Assembly: GCA_973895155.1 (NCBI GenBank)
Contig: OZ316897.1
Location: forward strand, 20,736,260-20,800,259
Direction of reading: 5' to 3'
Source: Marsupella aquatica
Taxonomy: Eukaryota > Plantae > Marchantiophyta
DNA: 64,000 nt
In this document: piece after piece, positions 38,076-51,878 of the stretch
Position numbering within the stretch: the first letter of the stretch is position 1
Layout: each line of letters starts with the position of its first letter
Notes under the pieces: generated by a model
What the model was told of the DNA's origin: nothing
The model's input: the letters and a program-made list of their open reading frames with translations, nothing else
The model's database searches: none
Made by a program: the position numbers and the translations under genes

Positions 38076-38904
38076 TATGAAACGTTGTCCAGACTTCTCT
38101 CCGAATGATGGGAGACGGGAAAGAAGAAACCGTCAAAAGGTTTCGAAAACTGCATTAAAGTGGGGGTCGTGTGAAAGTGTCCTCCCTCCCACTCCGTATA
38201 AAGTAATTGGAGACTCTTTACTTGCAAGAAACCAATGAAAGCGTGTCGCTAACTAAGACGAGCGAAATCCAGACCACCTAGGGTTGGGGACGGTGTAGTG
38301 ATGAGGAGTATCCACTCGAAACGGTGATCTCTCTCTTCGTACCTATAGTAGTGTTCAGTCTATCATCCTTGCAATTTATAATTCTCTTAACATTCGCAAG
38401 CTCCCTTTTGCCTCTCGGACTCTGTGTCCCTTGCCCTATAAAGGAGTCCATGCACTTGCCAATTGACTCACATCAATTCTCTCGTCACAAAATCCAAAGT
38501 CTTGCCACTGAAGAGGGCCCCCCTTCCCGAACCACCTCCCTTATCCATTCTGGCTCTTCGTGTGATGCCTTTGAAATGTGACTTAGCTTCTGGAGAGGAG
38601 CATCGCTTCTGTTTGCGTTTGGTTGTTTCACCGTAGCAATGGAGTCACAGGGGGGAAGAAGCCCCACAGAGAAGCGTCCAACGTTGTCGAGATTTGACCC
38701 GAGAGATGGGTCTCTTGTCCGAGCTCAAAACTGATCGGCGCATACAGGAATTCGTTGTGTTGATTTTGCTTTTGGGTGCTTTCCACTCAGGTCATTTGAA
38801 GATCATGAAAGTGGTTTTCCGTAGACTACAATTGGGCCCTTCCTTTGAGCTATCTTTTATGGATTCACGTCTGTTTATGTCCTTTTCTGGTGTTCTCTAA
38901 TCTG

Positions 38905-39215
38905 TCTGCTGACATCTGAAGAGCATCTCCATCCGACAATTATTGCGATGGCTCTGATTTGTTTTTGGTGCGTATGATACAAAATGCTTTATGATCCTTG
39001 AGAACGAGAACTCTTCGCTGGACATCTGAAGAGTGTCGTCATCCCGCATTTGTGATTTTGTGTGGGAGATATATGGTACAAAAATGCTTAATGAATCTTG
39101 AGAAAGAATACTGTTCGCTGGACATTTGAACAGTGTCGTCATTCGACGATTTAAATATTTCTTTCCTTGGAAGACATGGTACAAGAAGCTGTATGATTCT
39201 TGGCTCACGAACTCA
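38905..39215. repeat. Three degenerate ~100-110 bp tandem units
   Basis: GACAT.TGAA.AG..TC at ~38911, 39022, 39121, each followed by a TACAA.A..GCT..ATGA..CTTG-like block. Confidence 0.65.
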
Positions 39216-39949
39216 CTGCCTGTAAAGTTTTTACAAGCACCAGCCTCCTTTGACGTGCTACTCATAAAGCCATGAGAATGTGACTACAGTTATTGTAGCG
39301 TGTCCCGTCCTTCATTTGGCTGAGACACCTTACCAATGCGTTACAAACTCGGCATCAGTAGAGGCCCCTACTCTGAGCTGTCTGTTGCACAACATCTTCC
39401 AATCTAAATTTATTGATTCTATTTGACTTCAGATCATGATAATGTTTTGTTCGAAGAACTTGCCTCAAGTTTTGAGCTTCATCAGTTCAAATGTTTCCGG
39501 TTCCATTGGGCTGCTACATTAAGTTGAGAGTGTGCAGTGAATTGACCTTCAAGGCATTTATGAAAATAGTTCAGTGGGGACATCACAATAATGTTGGGGG
39601 GGGGAGTACAGTAGCTGGATTTAAAACTGAGTATTTCAATGTTCGAGGCATGGTCCCAATTGGATAAATAGCCCTCTCAACTCCGAGAAGAGACACGAAA
39701 GACACCTAAACAGAAAGGGCAAAAGTCTCCCTAGTGCTATCAATTCCAGATACAGGTTCTGAGCTTTAATTTCTACATGAAGATATCAAAAATCAAACTG
39801 GATTAACAAGTTTTCTAAATCTCATTCGTCTCCAGATCTAGTCATTCATGATCAGAAACGTACAAAGCTAGCAAACGAAGGAAACTTAATTCTCAATTGG
39901 ACGAAAGTCCATTCAAACCTCAGCTGCAGCATCTAAAACAAGATGGATA

Positions 39950-41839
39950 TTAATATCTGCAAAATCAACAGTCTGGATCAAGGTAATGTCCTCAAACGTT
40001 GATCTCTCCCTCTGTGAATCCAGAACCTTCGTTGCCAACATCTTTTCCTACGCGTCGCAAATTGAGTCACACCGAAGACTTTGCTCTGTTGGCCGTATAT
40101 CTTCCCAATTGCTTGGAAAGTTCTTGGGCTTCAATTTGTGCTGCTTGGTACTTGCTGAGTAGCAGAGGAGCTCGGTGATAAACGCTTATCTACACAAGGA
40201 TCTGGCAACCGAATTGCCGGATGAAACACCTCGTTGTCATCGACTCTGAATTTATCATCTCCATTGTACTTTCAGAGGTTTTCAAACCTGGAGTCCAAGC
40301 TGGTATTCTCCGTGCTCACTCAAAGGGTCTATCACAAGCATGATGGGGATTGAGGCAGATCAGCCCGTACGCGAGAATGGAGTGAAGGTGCAAGTATGTT
40401 TAAGAAGTGCCAAAGAAGATTCCTGAGGGGGGGTTTGAAAGGACTTCTACGAGCTCTGGTCAACAGAAGATCATGCTAGTGTATCCCCTCTACAGCTCGA
40501 TTATCCTCATTTCCATAATTTGGTTCCTTTTTGGGGACTTTCAGTTAGGACTTCACCCGTCTTTCCAACTTGAATAATTTGACTTCCATTCTCTTTCCTA
40601 AAGGCTCCAGTCCTCGGCCCATATCTAATACCTCTTGAAGGGCTGGTGGATTCCTCCTCACTGAATAACTCCGTGATTATTCCCCTGCATCCTCCGCATC
40701 TATACTCACTTGGCAAGGTGATCCATCTCCATCCTTTTGAGGTTGATCATCTACATGCCCATTTCGACGGCCTTGATCAGCGGGAGGGTACTCCGTCATC
40801 ATTCGATCTTTGATAAGCTCTTCAAGAATAATTCCTGCAGGGACCCAACAAGAAGCAGGCAAGGCATGTGTCAGTCTAACTGTTCAATTGAGAGATCGTA
40901 ACAGATGGAGACGATCCAGAATACTGATAGACTCGTTTCGTTGTAAATTTTGCGCTGAATGTCTCCCCTCATACGGAATGCCTCAATTGGAAGAGTAAAA
41001 TATTTTCAGCAATCAGTATCTATCTGGTCTATATGCAAGCAACTCAAACCTAAACATTCTAAACTACACAACCAAATGTTGCAGACAACCTTGAATAGGA
41101 ATTTAGATTCGATCCAAGTCCTTGTATCAGTCTAAATAAAATCCGTAGCCAAACTTGACAATATCAAGCCTTAATAATCTTGACTAGAATCGCTTGAAGA
41201 GAGGCAGCTAGAAGGCAGGAATCTCCCTCAATCCAGTAAAAAACGTCTCAGAGTTGGCACAAACCTATTGTTCGAAGAGACACTGGCGTTAGACAAGAAG
41301 CGAGAGATTCCTCTCCAGTATTGTTCAACCGCACTTCCGCCAGTTGCTTCAGAGATACCATCAAATCCTGCAAAAAACACCGAGTTATTTTTGTTCGCAA
41401 ATAGAGGTAACAGGAGTTGTGGGTTATTGAATTCTCAACCGTAACCCCTCAGAAGCATGAGCTGCAACGTGTGAAGTGGCACGTCTTTGCCCGAAGTTCC
41501 CTCCTCCAAGCCAATGTTAACGTTTGTGGCAGGATATTGAAAATAAGTCGACATCACATCCTTTCTAGGGATTGAAATAAGAACTGGTGGTAGTCGGAGA
41601 GTTACCAAATGTGGTCCTTTGAGTGAAGCAGCCCACAAACCAATCGCACTACTCATATCCACCACATCTCCTCGCTTCCTCTTCTTCCCTCTCCCGTTAA
41701 CCAAAGAGCGAGGACCTTCATCCGCTACTCTAGTTGGCTTGCTCGTCATCTCTTCCTCCCCCTCCTCCTCCTCCTCATCATCATCAGATTCCGAGGCCCT
41801 ATACTCGGAATCGGACTCTCTCTGTCGTCGGCTCGACAT
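39950..41839 (-). CDS. Uncharacterised spliced gene or pseudogene; 3' extent uncertain
   Basis: ATG ORF 41839-41435 with acidic tract SDDDEEEEEGEEE and basic GRGKKRKRG; downstream candidate exons with good acceptors (tttttgcag ~41370, ccctgcag ~40836, gtgtag ~40190) and donor GTGAGT ~40709. Full phase chain not resolved. Confidence 0.35.
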
Positions 41840-42509
41840 TGCTCACAGAATGCTAAGCCCTGGTCTCTTCCGAAACAAACAGCAAGTCACTCACGAAGAA
41901 ATTCTCTCGACATATTTATCCAGAGGCGAATTATCATCTTCGGTCGAATGACGAACAAATACGAATGTCATCAAGTGCAGAGGCGCCCTTTCATCTGTGG
42001 TCGAATGACAGCCGAATGGAAGTTCTCGGAAGTCACCGCTCAACAACAACAAACCTCGACATGGCCAGTCCTTGCCACGGATATGCCCCTGAGAAATGAT
42101 CAGCCCTTCGTTCGTACTAAAACAGACGTTCAGACAGACGAACAGATGCTTCAGGAGAAACGAAATGGACTCAGATTTCGGTCGAGACTAGAGCTCAGGT
42201 CCAGGAGAAGCCTGTCAGGCCTGATCTTAAAACGATCACATTTCGAGGGTAAAGCTTTACAACCCTAAACCGTCAATTCCAGCTCCATTACCGCAGGCGA
42301 GAAGACAGCAGTCCGCTTCGAACATAATATTCGTTAAGCTCCAGGGAACACTTCAAACCAGTCTTCGATCACCTCCGTCGAGAAGAAGCCAGAACCGTAG
42401 TCTCAGCTTCAAACAGACAAGTTCTTTCAGCTCCAAGTAACGATTTCCTCGCACCACAGAACCGTCTCACTTCTTGCCCGATCATCATACCACAAGCGAA
42501 ACGACGGTA

Positions 42510-43280
42510 GAGCCTAAGTTCGCAAACTCTGGAAAGAAATAACCAGAACGGGAAGAAATTGGAAAGTCGGAATATGAGAACGTAGGCACCCTAATCGGAG
42601 GATTGAGAGAGAGCACAAGACAAACAACGAAGATCCTTTGGTTTGCTACTTCGGCGGATTTGTAGTCTAGATCGGTACACTTGTCAAATGCTGCGAGAAC
42701 ACGTTCAATGTGTTATTGAGGGGAGTGCAAATAACACAGGCGAACGGAATGCTTTTTGAAGGATCCTCCGTTCCGTTAGACAGAGCCTAAGATCGCAAAC
42801 TCTGGAAAGCAAGAATCACAACAGGAAGAAAATTGAAGATCGGAAAACGACAACATAGGCAGAAATTCGGGAGATTGAGATGGAGCACAAGACAAACGAC
42901 GAAGATCCTTTGGTTTACTAATTTGGTTTGCAGTCTAGATCGGTAAAATTGTCGCAGCCAGAACACGTTCATGAGTTATTGAGGGGAGTGAAAATAACAC
43001 AGGCGAACCGAAGGCTTTTTGAAGGATCCTCAGTTCCGTTAGACAGAGCCTAAGATCGCAAACTCTGGAAAGCAAGAATCACAACAGGAAGAAAATTGAA
43101 AATCGGAATATGAGAACGTAGGCAGAAATTCGGAAGATTACGATAGAGCCAAAGAAAAACGACGAAGATCCTTGGGTTTACTAATTTGGCGGATTCTGTA
43201 TTCTAGATCAGTGGAATTGTCGAATTGTCGAACGCAGCGAAAGAAGGTTAATGTGTTGAGAGGGGGGAGATCGATTCGTC
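42510..43280. repeat. Tandem triplication of a ~265-bp unit
   Basis: AGAGCCTAAG.TCGCAAACTCTGGAAAG at ~42510, 42782, 43045; units end in a purine tract (TGAGGGGAG / GAGGGGGGAG). Confidence 0.9.
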
Positions 43281-43717
43281 AATTTGAAGGATCCATACAT
43301 AGATTAGTTTGGTAGGGGCCGCGCGAACGGTGATGTTTGTGCTGAGGACAGAGATCGATTCCTTTGTTTATGAGTCATTTTGAAGGACCCTTGGTTTGGT
43401 TTTAGTTTGGTGGGGGCCGCGCGAACGCGAGCCCCCGCTATCACAAATTATGACGTGCATTTTCCCCTTAGGGAAATGCTAGGACTGGCCCAATCGAAGT
43501 GCAATGAGAGAGCTGATCCTAGACCATCCCCCTTGTGGATCAGGGATAGATCCCGCCCAGGTAAGTATGCTGTAACTGAGTGAGCATTGGCATTTTGTAC
43601 TGGATTTCCTGCGGCTCGGAACAGCGGAGTCCATCACTTATGGGTTTTTCCTGAGACCAGCGCGGCTGCAGCCCTCGACTGCAGAGAGCAGAACGACTGT
43701 TCGTCTTCGGGTACAGT

Positions 43718-44240
43718 GGGCAGTTCGGGTACCTGCCCGGAAAATAAAGCCTTTAGAGGCCGTCAACCGGCAAGTCGGCACCCAGACTCTCCCGGTCCCG
43801 GCCCTTGTTCCTCACTTCACCCCCTTCCCCCCGGCCCCATCCCTCGGTCTCCCACCCCTTTTTACTCCCCTGGTCCCAGCCCCGGCCCCTTCCACCAGTC
43901 CCGGCTTGAGTTGAACTCCCCTCCCCCCCCCGGTCCCCATCCCCCGTCTCCCCCCTTTACGCACACGCCCGGCCCAGCCCGGAGTTTAGGGTTAGGCCAG
44001 GTTGGCAGGGAGGAGGGGAGGAGGCTGGGTCTGGGTGTGGGGCAGGGCTGGGTCCGGGGAGGGGTAGGGCTGCAGGGTCCGGGATGAGGCTTTTGAGGGA
44101 ATGGTTCGGGCCAGGCCGGGGAATAATCGGGAATATCCGGCAAATAGAGCCATTTTCATCCGACAAATGATGAGTTTACGTGCCGGGCAACTCGGCAACT
44201 TGCCCATAACTTCAAACCGGGGGGGGGGGGGGGGGGGGGC
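43718..44240. mobile_element. GC-rich foldback/MITE-like element followed by a G21 run
   Basis: Imperfect terminal IR GGGCAGTTCGGGTACCTGCCCGG / CCGGGCAACTCGGCAACTTGCCC; C-rich left arm complementary to G-rich right arm; poly-G 44219-44239; no clear TSD. Confidence 0.5.
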
Positions 44241-46350
44241 AATAGGGGCGTACACACGGGCTAATCATTGCTAAGTAGCATTGATTAGCCTCGATATTGC
44301 TTTTCATCGCCCCTACTGCCCGCTCAGTCTTGATCATCTCACTGGTATTAAAGGACACTTACACCTAACATCATTTACTTTCAACAGTGCTATGCAATAC
44401 ACAGGCATTGGCTTTCTCATTTATGCTTGATAACACCTCAACTAAAACAATATTACTATAACAATACTCCTAAGCCTATCCCAGATTCTGTCTCAGGATT
44501 GAAAATGAGAAGAAACTCTCCGGTAATAGCTATTCATGTCGGTTGGAGCTTCTATGCACATTGGTTCTGCCAGGTAATACAAATAGAGGGCATGGTGAAT
44601 GAAAGTTATGTCGGCTCCAGATAATTGAAGGGTTCTCATTGTTTGACCATGTATCTCGAATAGAAGAAACAGGTCAGGATTCGGATAGGATCCACGGTAT
44701 TGCAAGTTTGATTTGAGGTGCTTTGCGTCCTGCTTTGCATTTTGGTCATGTTGCCTAGAATTGATTTGCTTTGCTTTGCTCTGTCTTGCCTTACTTTTTG
44801 CTCCTATTTTGCGTCTTGAATCGATTGTGTCCTATGTCATTCTTTTGCATCCTTTGAAGGTCTCACAATGCAAGAAACAAATTTCAATTTCCCCTCTTCT
44901 CTGAATAACACCCTAAAGTGCTTGGAATGATTAGAAATATTTTGAGAATAACTTTCAAATGAGGCTAACATTACCAGATTTAGTCAAGTATTAAAGAGAT
45001 TTTAAATTTCTGCATTGCTCCCTCATATCTCAATAAAGCCTTTAGGGCTTGGCAGTCTTAGGTGAGTTTGATTTAGAAGAATTTTTTGAATGAGCCTAAC
45101 GTTGCTAGATCGAGTCGAGATCACTGATTCTGGACTTCTCTGTCATTTTTTCATAGCCTGGCTATGTTTTTGGCATGGAACTTCCTCACGAAGCCATTGG
45201 GATGACTGATAGAACAGGAAGTTACTTACATCCAAAAACCTACTGTAGCTGTTCTATGTGGGGAGTTCAAGAGGTTGGCTGGTTTACTCAGTACATGGGA
45301 GTTGTCAAGTCCAACGTTGAGGTCCATATATTGGGGCATAAACTTCTCTCTACCGTAGACCAGACAGAAACAGTATCGTAAGCTTACTTAACCTTCCAAT
45401 GTACAGCTTCTTTGAAAAATTTCCAGCTGGTATGATAATTATTCGTATGAGTGGGTCAATATATTGTTTTGAATCCTCGTGGTCTAGAACATGCAAGTCA
45501 AGAACGCTGCTCGACTGCTGCGGGGTTTCCCTCTCTCCTGCCAAAATGACGTTTGCTGAAACGAAGTAGGGGATTTGATGTGTTCTCCTGGTTTCGTTGG
45601 CGGCAATTATTAGACATGGCAACAAGATGTAGTCAGCTTGACTTGCCTTCAAACACTTGGAGTATGGATCGAAGACTAAGGTTCTCCGATCCGGCCTCAC
45701 GAGGTAGCCGTGCATACCTGAGAAATCGGAAATGGCCAGGTCGACTTCAGGAGAGACCCGGCCGCCTGTTTGGATGCGTTTCTTGAAACTAAGTATGTAA
45801 AATTGGACTGATACACGTTACTGAACCTCGTCAATGAGTGACCGACCAGGAGTAATCGAGTCTTGGCAAGCGCGATTTCCTCCGCGCACCACACTTGTCG
45901 CTATCCCAATTCTCATTTACGAGTTGAACAAATCAAACTAGGTCTGATCTTCCCAATGGCTTTTGGTACAGACGGTTTAGAACGGTAGACTGATTCTTGC
46001 GAACCTCCCAGCTAAACACTAATTGAGACCACGAGGTTCGGGTTTTACGGCATCAACCATTCTACTACTAACTTTATTCATTCTCTGGCCATTTTATCTA
46101 ATACATTCACTACGACATAGATACAGAACACCATGAGCGCTACACCTTTCATAGACTATTATGATCATGATGTACACTAGGAAGCGTCTACAGCGCGCGT
46201 TAGGTGCACAAAGCTCCGTTTATGCACTTTTCACGTGTTTATTTTATCTGTTGGAAACTTTAATAATTTTGTCGTCTCTTCAGAAGCCACGGCGGCACGG
46301 AACCCTTGTTGCCGTGATGGCGGAAAAAAGTGAAGTTTACGAAGTCCGAA

Positions 46351-47495
46351 ATGGGCGACGAGCTCGAGCGAGCCCGACCTTCCAACCAAGCGAAGTGCCT
46401 CACGCTTGTCAATTCACCAGAAGGCATGACCCAGCCCAGACAAGACAAGACCGGGTCTTCTCGGCCGGCGGAATCCCAGGAGGAAGGTTGAGAGCTGCGG
46501 AGCCTTCCTCCGAACCGTTGTCCTCGCTTGTTGACTTTGCCCAACCGACTTGCCTTTCTCTAAAAGGGACTGCACTCCTCAGCCACCGATTTCAATGTCA
46601 CCAACCCGACCGTGGACGACTTTACTTTCAGGGGGTTCCGCAACCCTCAGACGTTAGGAAAGGGAGTAGCGGCGCCCACTGGAGCCCCCATCAGAGGACT
46701 CAGCGGGCTGGGCCTTGCAGCTGTGCTCTTCGAGTTCGGCGCAGAGTCACAGATTGATCCCCATACTCATCCTCGCGCAACCGAAGTATTCTACGTTCTT
46801 TCAGGTATTGTTCAGAAACATTCGCTATGACAACGCACGTAATCGAAGCCGTGGGCATGTCAATATAATCAGGATCAATGGGTTTTCCTTTCATTAGAAT
46901 TTTTCAGTTTCTTTGATCGATTTACCATATCAACCTGCTTGCTTCATTTCATATAAGCAAATTCCTGTATCTTCGTTCAAACTGAAAGGACCCGAGGCTC
47001 TTCAGTAGTCGCGTTTAGCGTTAAATTTCCTGCAGCTCATTTTCATTACAGTCCTCACATGATGTGACGAGGTGCTTAGCTACGTCCAATCATGATTTTA
47101 CAGAATCCTGGCTTTTTCCATGATGATTATAATGGAGACTGACTTCGTGTTTCTTATGTTGTACTTTGAATTCAGGGGCGCTTGACGTGGGATTTGTTGA
47201 TACCACAAACGAGCTATTCGAGACAACCGTGCAGGCGGGCGATATCTTTGTGTTCCCCAAGGGTACCTTGCACTGGCAGCGCAATAATGGTAAGGGACCG
47301 GCTTCAGGCTTCTCTGCGCTCTCCAGTGAGAACCCCGGAACCCTCCTGATTGCCAAAGCTCTCTTCACCGCCGGTGGCAAAGGTCTCCCCGACAACGTTC
47401 TCAGCACGGCCTTCGGCATCAATGCCAACAACCAGCAAATAGACAAGGTCAAGCAGTCCGTTGCCACCAGGAACAATGTCACCTTAACCTGGTAG
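46351..47495 (+). CDS. Germin-like (cupin) protein; first exon uncertain
   Basis: Exons 46583-46804 and 47176-47495 give TDF..DDFTF..PHTHPRATEVFYVLSG|ALDVGFVDT..GDIFVFPKGTLHWQ with the germin metal ligands intact; phase-compatible candidate exon 1 at 46351-46486. Confidence 0.85.
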
Positions 47496-47991
47496 TGCAA
47501 TCTTGTCGATGTTACACAATTGACGAATGGGCATCCGTCTTGAGCATTGATTGAAAGACGGATTCGCAGAGTGTAGTGAAGCTTTCTGAGACGCACTTGT
47601 TCAAACATGGGGGCACTACATTCCCGTATATTCACGTAGTTTCAAGCCTGAATTTATTATGAAAATGCCATCTTAGCTAGACCGACCAGGGATCCACGAA
47701 TTCCCCAATCCAAGCAGTACTTCGCATTCATTAATGTGAGGCTGCTGCCGGTAACGTGGCATTATTCTGTATCAAATAATGGAGGTTGCACTCAGATGTC
47801 TGCACCTTATCGACATTGTCTTTTATTAATTTGAAGAACTTTCATTTCAGCATTTGTCTTGAATATGTCACATATGTATATGTGTGGAAATGCGTCTCCG
47901 CGAGCTATCTCTGCGCTTTCACTGTGAAAAGCCTCGTACAGCTCAGGAGTAGACAGCATGTGAGGACTCTGAAGCTTCACGACACAGAAGT

Positions 47992-50700
47992 CTACGCGTA
48001 CTCTGGGACAGTGCAACAAACACCGAGTACTTCTTTCAGATCAGGATGATCTCCCACATGCTCGTCCTTTCGTGCATAAAGCACGTCCTGTCCTTTGAAG
48101 ACGTAAAGGCCACCCTACACAAGCCAGCATTCACAGAATTGATTATTTCCTTCAAAGGTACTGCAAAGGTGATAAAGTATATGATTGAGTGGCTCAAGAA
48201 ATAGTCGTTTTCAAAAGACCCGAGAAAATGATGTTATAATCCTGTACCTGTAGGTATTATTATCTACTAACATTGATGAACTCAAGACCTGCTTTCAAAC
48301 GATACTTGATCCCTAAGGTGAATGATCATACAATATTATGTCTCATTCTGTCAAGGACTTATTAGTAATTGGTCCCTTAGACAGCAGTTCTCACAAGAAT
48401 ATCTGAAGGAGTTATTGTTCTTCTAACTACTCAAGGAGGATACCAAAACTCCCACTAAATTCAGATAATATACATGTGAGCACAAGTTAAGAGACTTGTT
48501 TGACCAATCCAGAGCGACGAGTTATCTGCTGATGTTTAGTTCAATCCTACCATGAAATTAACTAGCTCACCCGTATCCTCAACACATTGCAAGGTCTAAG
48601 GACAGGTGAGGAAGACATATTCTCAGAAACAACATGTATTTTCTTAATTAAATCCTTGCAACTGAAAGAGGAGATCATGGCTACCGGAACTAATACTATA
48701 TTAGGCAGCTTACAGCAACAGAAAATTCAGCACCCATGAGGTGCCAGAAATTGCCTGGGCAATTTGCACAGCCCCGCACCAGTACACTATCTATCTACCT
48801 ACATATTGAGATGATGTGATACTTTCGTACCTGTTGCATGATTCCTGTCTTATCATCCGGTACAGAGATTTGATACCCATTAGACAAAACGTTTCGAATA
48901 GAGCCCAAGCTGGCCGTAAGTTTGGGGATCTGCACTCCACGACATGGCAATGTCAAAGATTTTGCTTGAGAATAGATTACACCTGATCGAACAGATTTCC
49001 TTGAGCATAAGGAAATGGGCATCTCAACTGAACATATATGGTTGAGGCAGGATGGACATTTTCTCGTCAAAATGGTGTCTCTGTTACGTACCAGCTAGGG
49101 CAATTTGATAAATCTAGGATACACATTCACTAAACAACAAGCAAAGAATTCTAGATACTAATTATGCACAATCAAACAAGGGATTCAGTAGCTTCGCAAG
49201 GCAAAAATATATTATTTCCTGTTCTTGCAGCTACTCGCAGGAAAGGCAATCTCACCGGGGATTTCTTCGGGAAGAAGAATGTGCCAGCATCGCCAAGCAA
49301 CTCAAGCGCTCTGTATGCCTTCATTCACACAACGTGACGATGACGTCCCAGTGACATTTGACAACCAATAGCCCCAACAAATTGGAGCGTTAGAGAGATT
49401 GAAACTATTTATACAGCAATTGAATTAATTGATTCCATATGAACCACGAAGGTATAAGAGTCTGTGCTTGCCGATGCCGTCTAGCGTACCTTTCTGTCGT
49501 CGTCACAGTACAGGCAGTCGATGGGGAAATTGACCTGCGAGACAGCAGAGGACCATAAACTATCAGAATACCAACGATGTCGATTGCTGCGCTCATGAAT
49601 GCCGATTGCGAGTCCAAATTGATCATTTAAACGAGATCAGAGACCTTTTCTGCCATGAGTTGTGCTTTGTCTGGCTTGCCGACACCAATTGTGATCAACT
49701 TCACACCCGCCGCATCCATTGTGGGTTTGGCATCCCTCAGCTGCCCCGCAAACTCCCAGCTACAGTTTTAGAAATAATATATCACAAAGTTTAGTTTCCA
49801 CACCGCGTTCGTGAAAAGTGCAAATTGTGTAAAGATGATAGGATCTACCCTCCGGCAAAGAACTGAGGAAATGCTTCAATTTGAGAGGGGAATCCATTAT
49901 TCTATTTACACTGATGGGTTTTGCCTCACCAAAATACACATCCGAAATGCCGCACGAAGGCAACCAAGGCCATTCCCTGTCACCAAGCACCACGCACGAC
50001 ACTTCTTAGAAATGGTGACAAAACTTCAACAAGGGTGCTGACGAGCCATTCATTGCCTTGCATGCGGCAAAACATGAAATCAGTGAAAATTCAATCCGCT
50101 GGACCAGAATTGGGACACGGGGTCAATCAAAAGTTGCAAGTCGTCAGATCACACACCAGAGAAGATAAAGATGCGTAGCCAGCCAGCAAGACAGTTGATG
50201 ATGAAACGCAATGAGGAACAACATTGCTTTGAAATTATAGAACACCCGGAAGAGTGAGTAATATGAACGGAAACTTCTTTGTTTTGAAATTTGAGAAGAA
50301 CAACAGAGAAAAATGGATGAGGAGCGAGTACATTTTGCTGGTCCCACAAGTCCTGAAACAGCACCGGCTTGCCTTCTGCGGCCGTGTAAATTGTGATCGG
50401 TGCAATACTCTCAGCCGCAGAATCACTTCCTGAGTAGAGAGTCGTAGTTGCTGAGCCGGCGTCTTGAACTGTCGTGGCTCTGGCGGCAGCAAATCTCCTG
50501 TTGCTCGCTGACAAAGAAAGAGAACTGAAATTTCGAGTATGAGAAGGGGCAGACAAGGTCTGTGGAGAAAGTGAACCCCTCACACGACGCTTATCATCAG
50601 CTCGGACAAAACTCTTAGACTGCCCGGCACAACCAACCGGGAGTCTCGCCGGGAGTGTCAAGACTCCCTTCTTCACACTTGATGCAAAAATTCTCTCCAT
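47992..50700 (-). CDS. Thioredoxin-like AAED1 / peroxiredoxin-like 2 (AhpC-TSA_2) protein, probably plastid-targeted
   Basis: Ser/Arg-rich N-terminus, then spliced VLFQDLWDQQN|GMALVAFVRHFGCVFC|WEFA..GVKLITIGVG..|..QQ|GGLYVFKG..DEHVGDHP; CxxC motif CVFC. Confidence 0.9.
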
Positions 50701-51878
50701 CGTCTAGTCTCGTTCTGATTGTTCTGAGTCAGCTGGACCAGATGGATGCCTTCAGCATTCAACCATAGCTCCAACCGTCGAAAATGTATATTCCTACCCT
50801 TCAATCTGTCACAATGTTTTAGCTGATAATTATGATGGACAGATGGTTGATTCAGAAGACGAATTCCTCTCCTCACGAATTGAGTGCCCTCTGACAATTA
50901 ACTCCCTGTTCGTCCCTTTGCTGACCGAAGAGTTATGAGTTGAAATCGAGGTCCGTTTGTTAGTTCTTATCTCAATGTCGGGCCGGTTGTTATGTGATAC
51001 TCTTCCTGGCGATGAGCGCTAGCTTTCGGGTGTTATATTGGGTGATATGAGTTTGAACCGTGATTAATTTGTGGTCTCAAGAATGTCTCGTCTGTCGATG
51101 AGTTTGCATTGTCGACGTGCCTTCATGAAAACCATCCAAGCGAGACTTTGCTTTACAGTACAATAATCACGAACATTCTCGGTGGGGCCAGTGTGTTTTT
51201 AATTAGCTCTTTTCCTCCTATTTCTTACCCTATAAGTGAGCTGGCTTCACTAGTACCTAAACAACACGGAAAACAATTACCAAATTTGTCACCTTCATTG
51301 TTCTTTTGAGATCCCGGGTGCCAGATCCAGATCCGTCTGGTAGCAGCTGCTTCGAGGTTCCTTGAGTTTTCTCCAGGTAATTATTCTAGCTCTGCACCAA
51401 TCGGCCCGAGTTCGCATGTTTATGCTATGTTGAGACGATCGTGTTTACTCTCGCTCTTCCCACCCGCTCCCGTTTCGACATTGTAGAGTCCTGGGCGGAG
51501 AGATCGAGAGGGAAGTATAGATCCCGAGGCAGCTGACGCTGTCGTTGGTGTTGAAAGACTAAAATCCAACGCATATGTGTCGGCCTTGCAGACATCTGTC
51601 GCTTTCTAAGTAAATTGGACTCGATGAACATCTGCATTCGCGTCGCTTCCATGTTGCAAAACTAGTGACATAACACCTGTGAGCAAATCAGCTTTCAATG
51701 AGATAGATTTAGGGCTGGAGCTCAAGCAGAAAATACGATGAAAGTCAGGGATTTGGTGTAGTGCCATTTGCCTCTGTCATTTTGCAGTGTTTCTCGAAGA
51801 TCCTTTTCGGGGCAGGGAGCATTACCAGGTTTTGAGAAACTATATTACGTAATTGTAAAGTTGCAGACAATCCGAAAA

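Noticed and set aside
43587-44143. Pro/Gly-rich ORFs on both strands
   Set aside because: Products of C-run and G-run low complexity in the foldback element.
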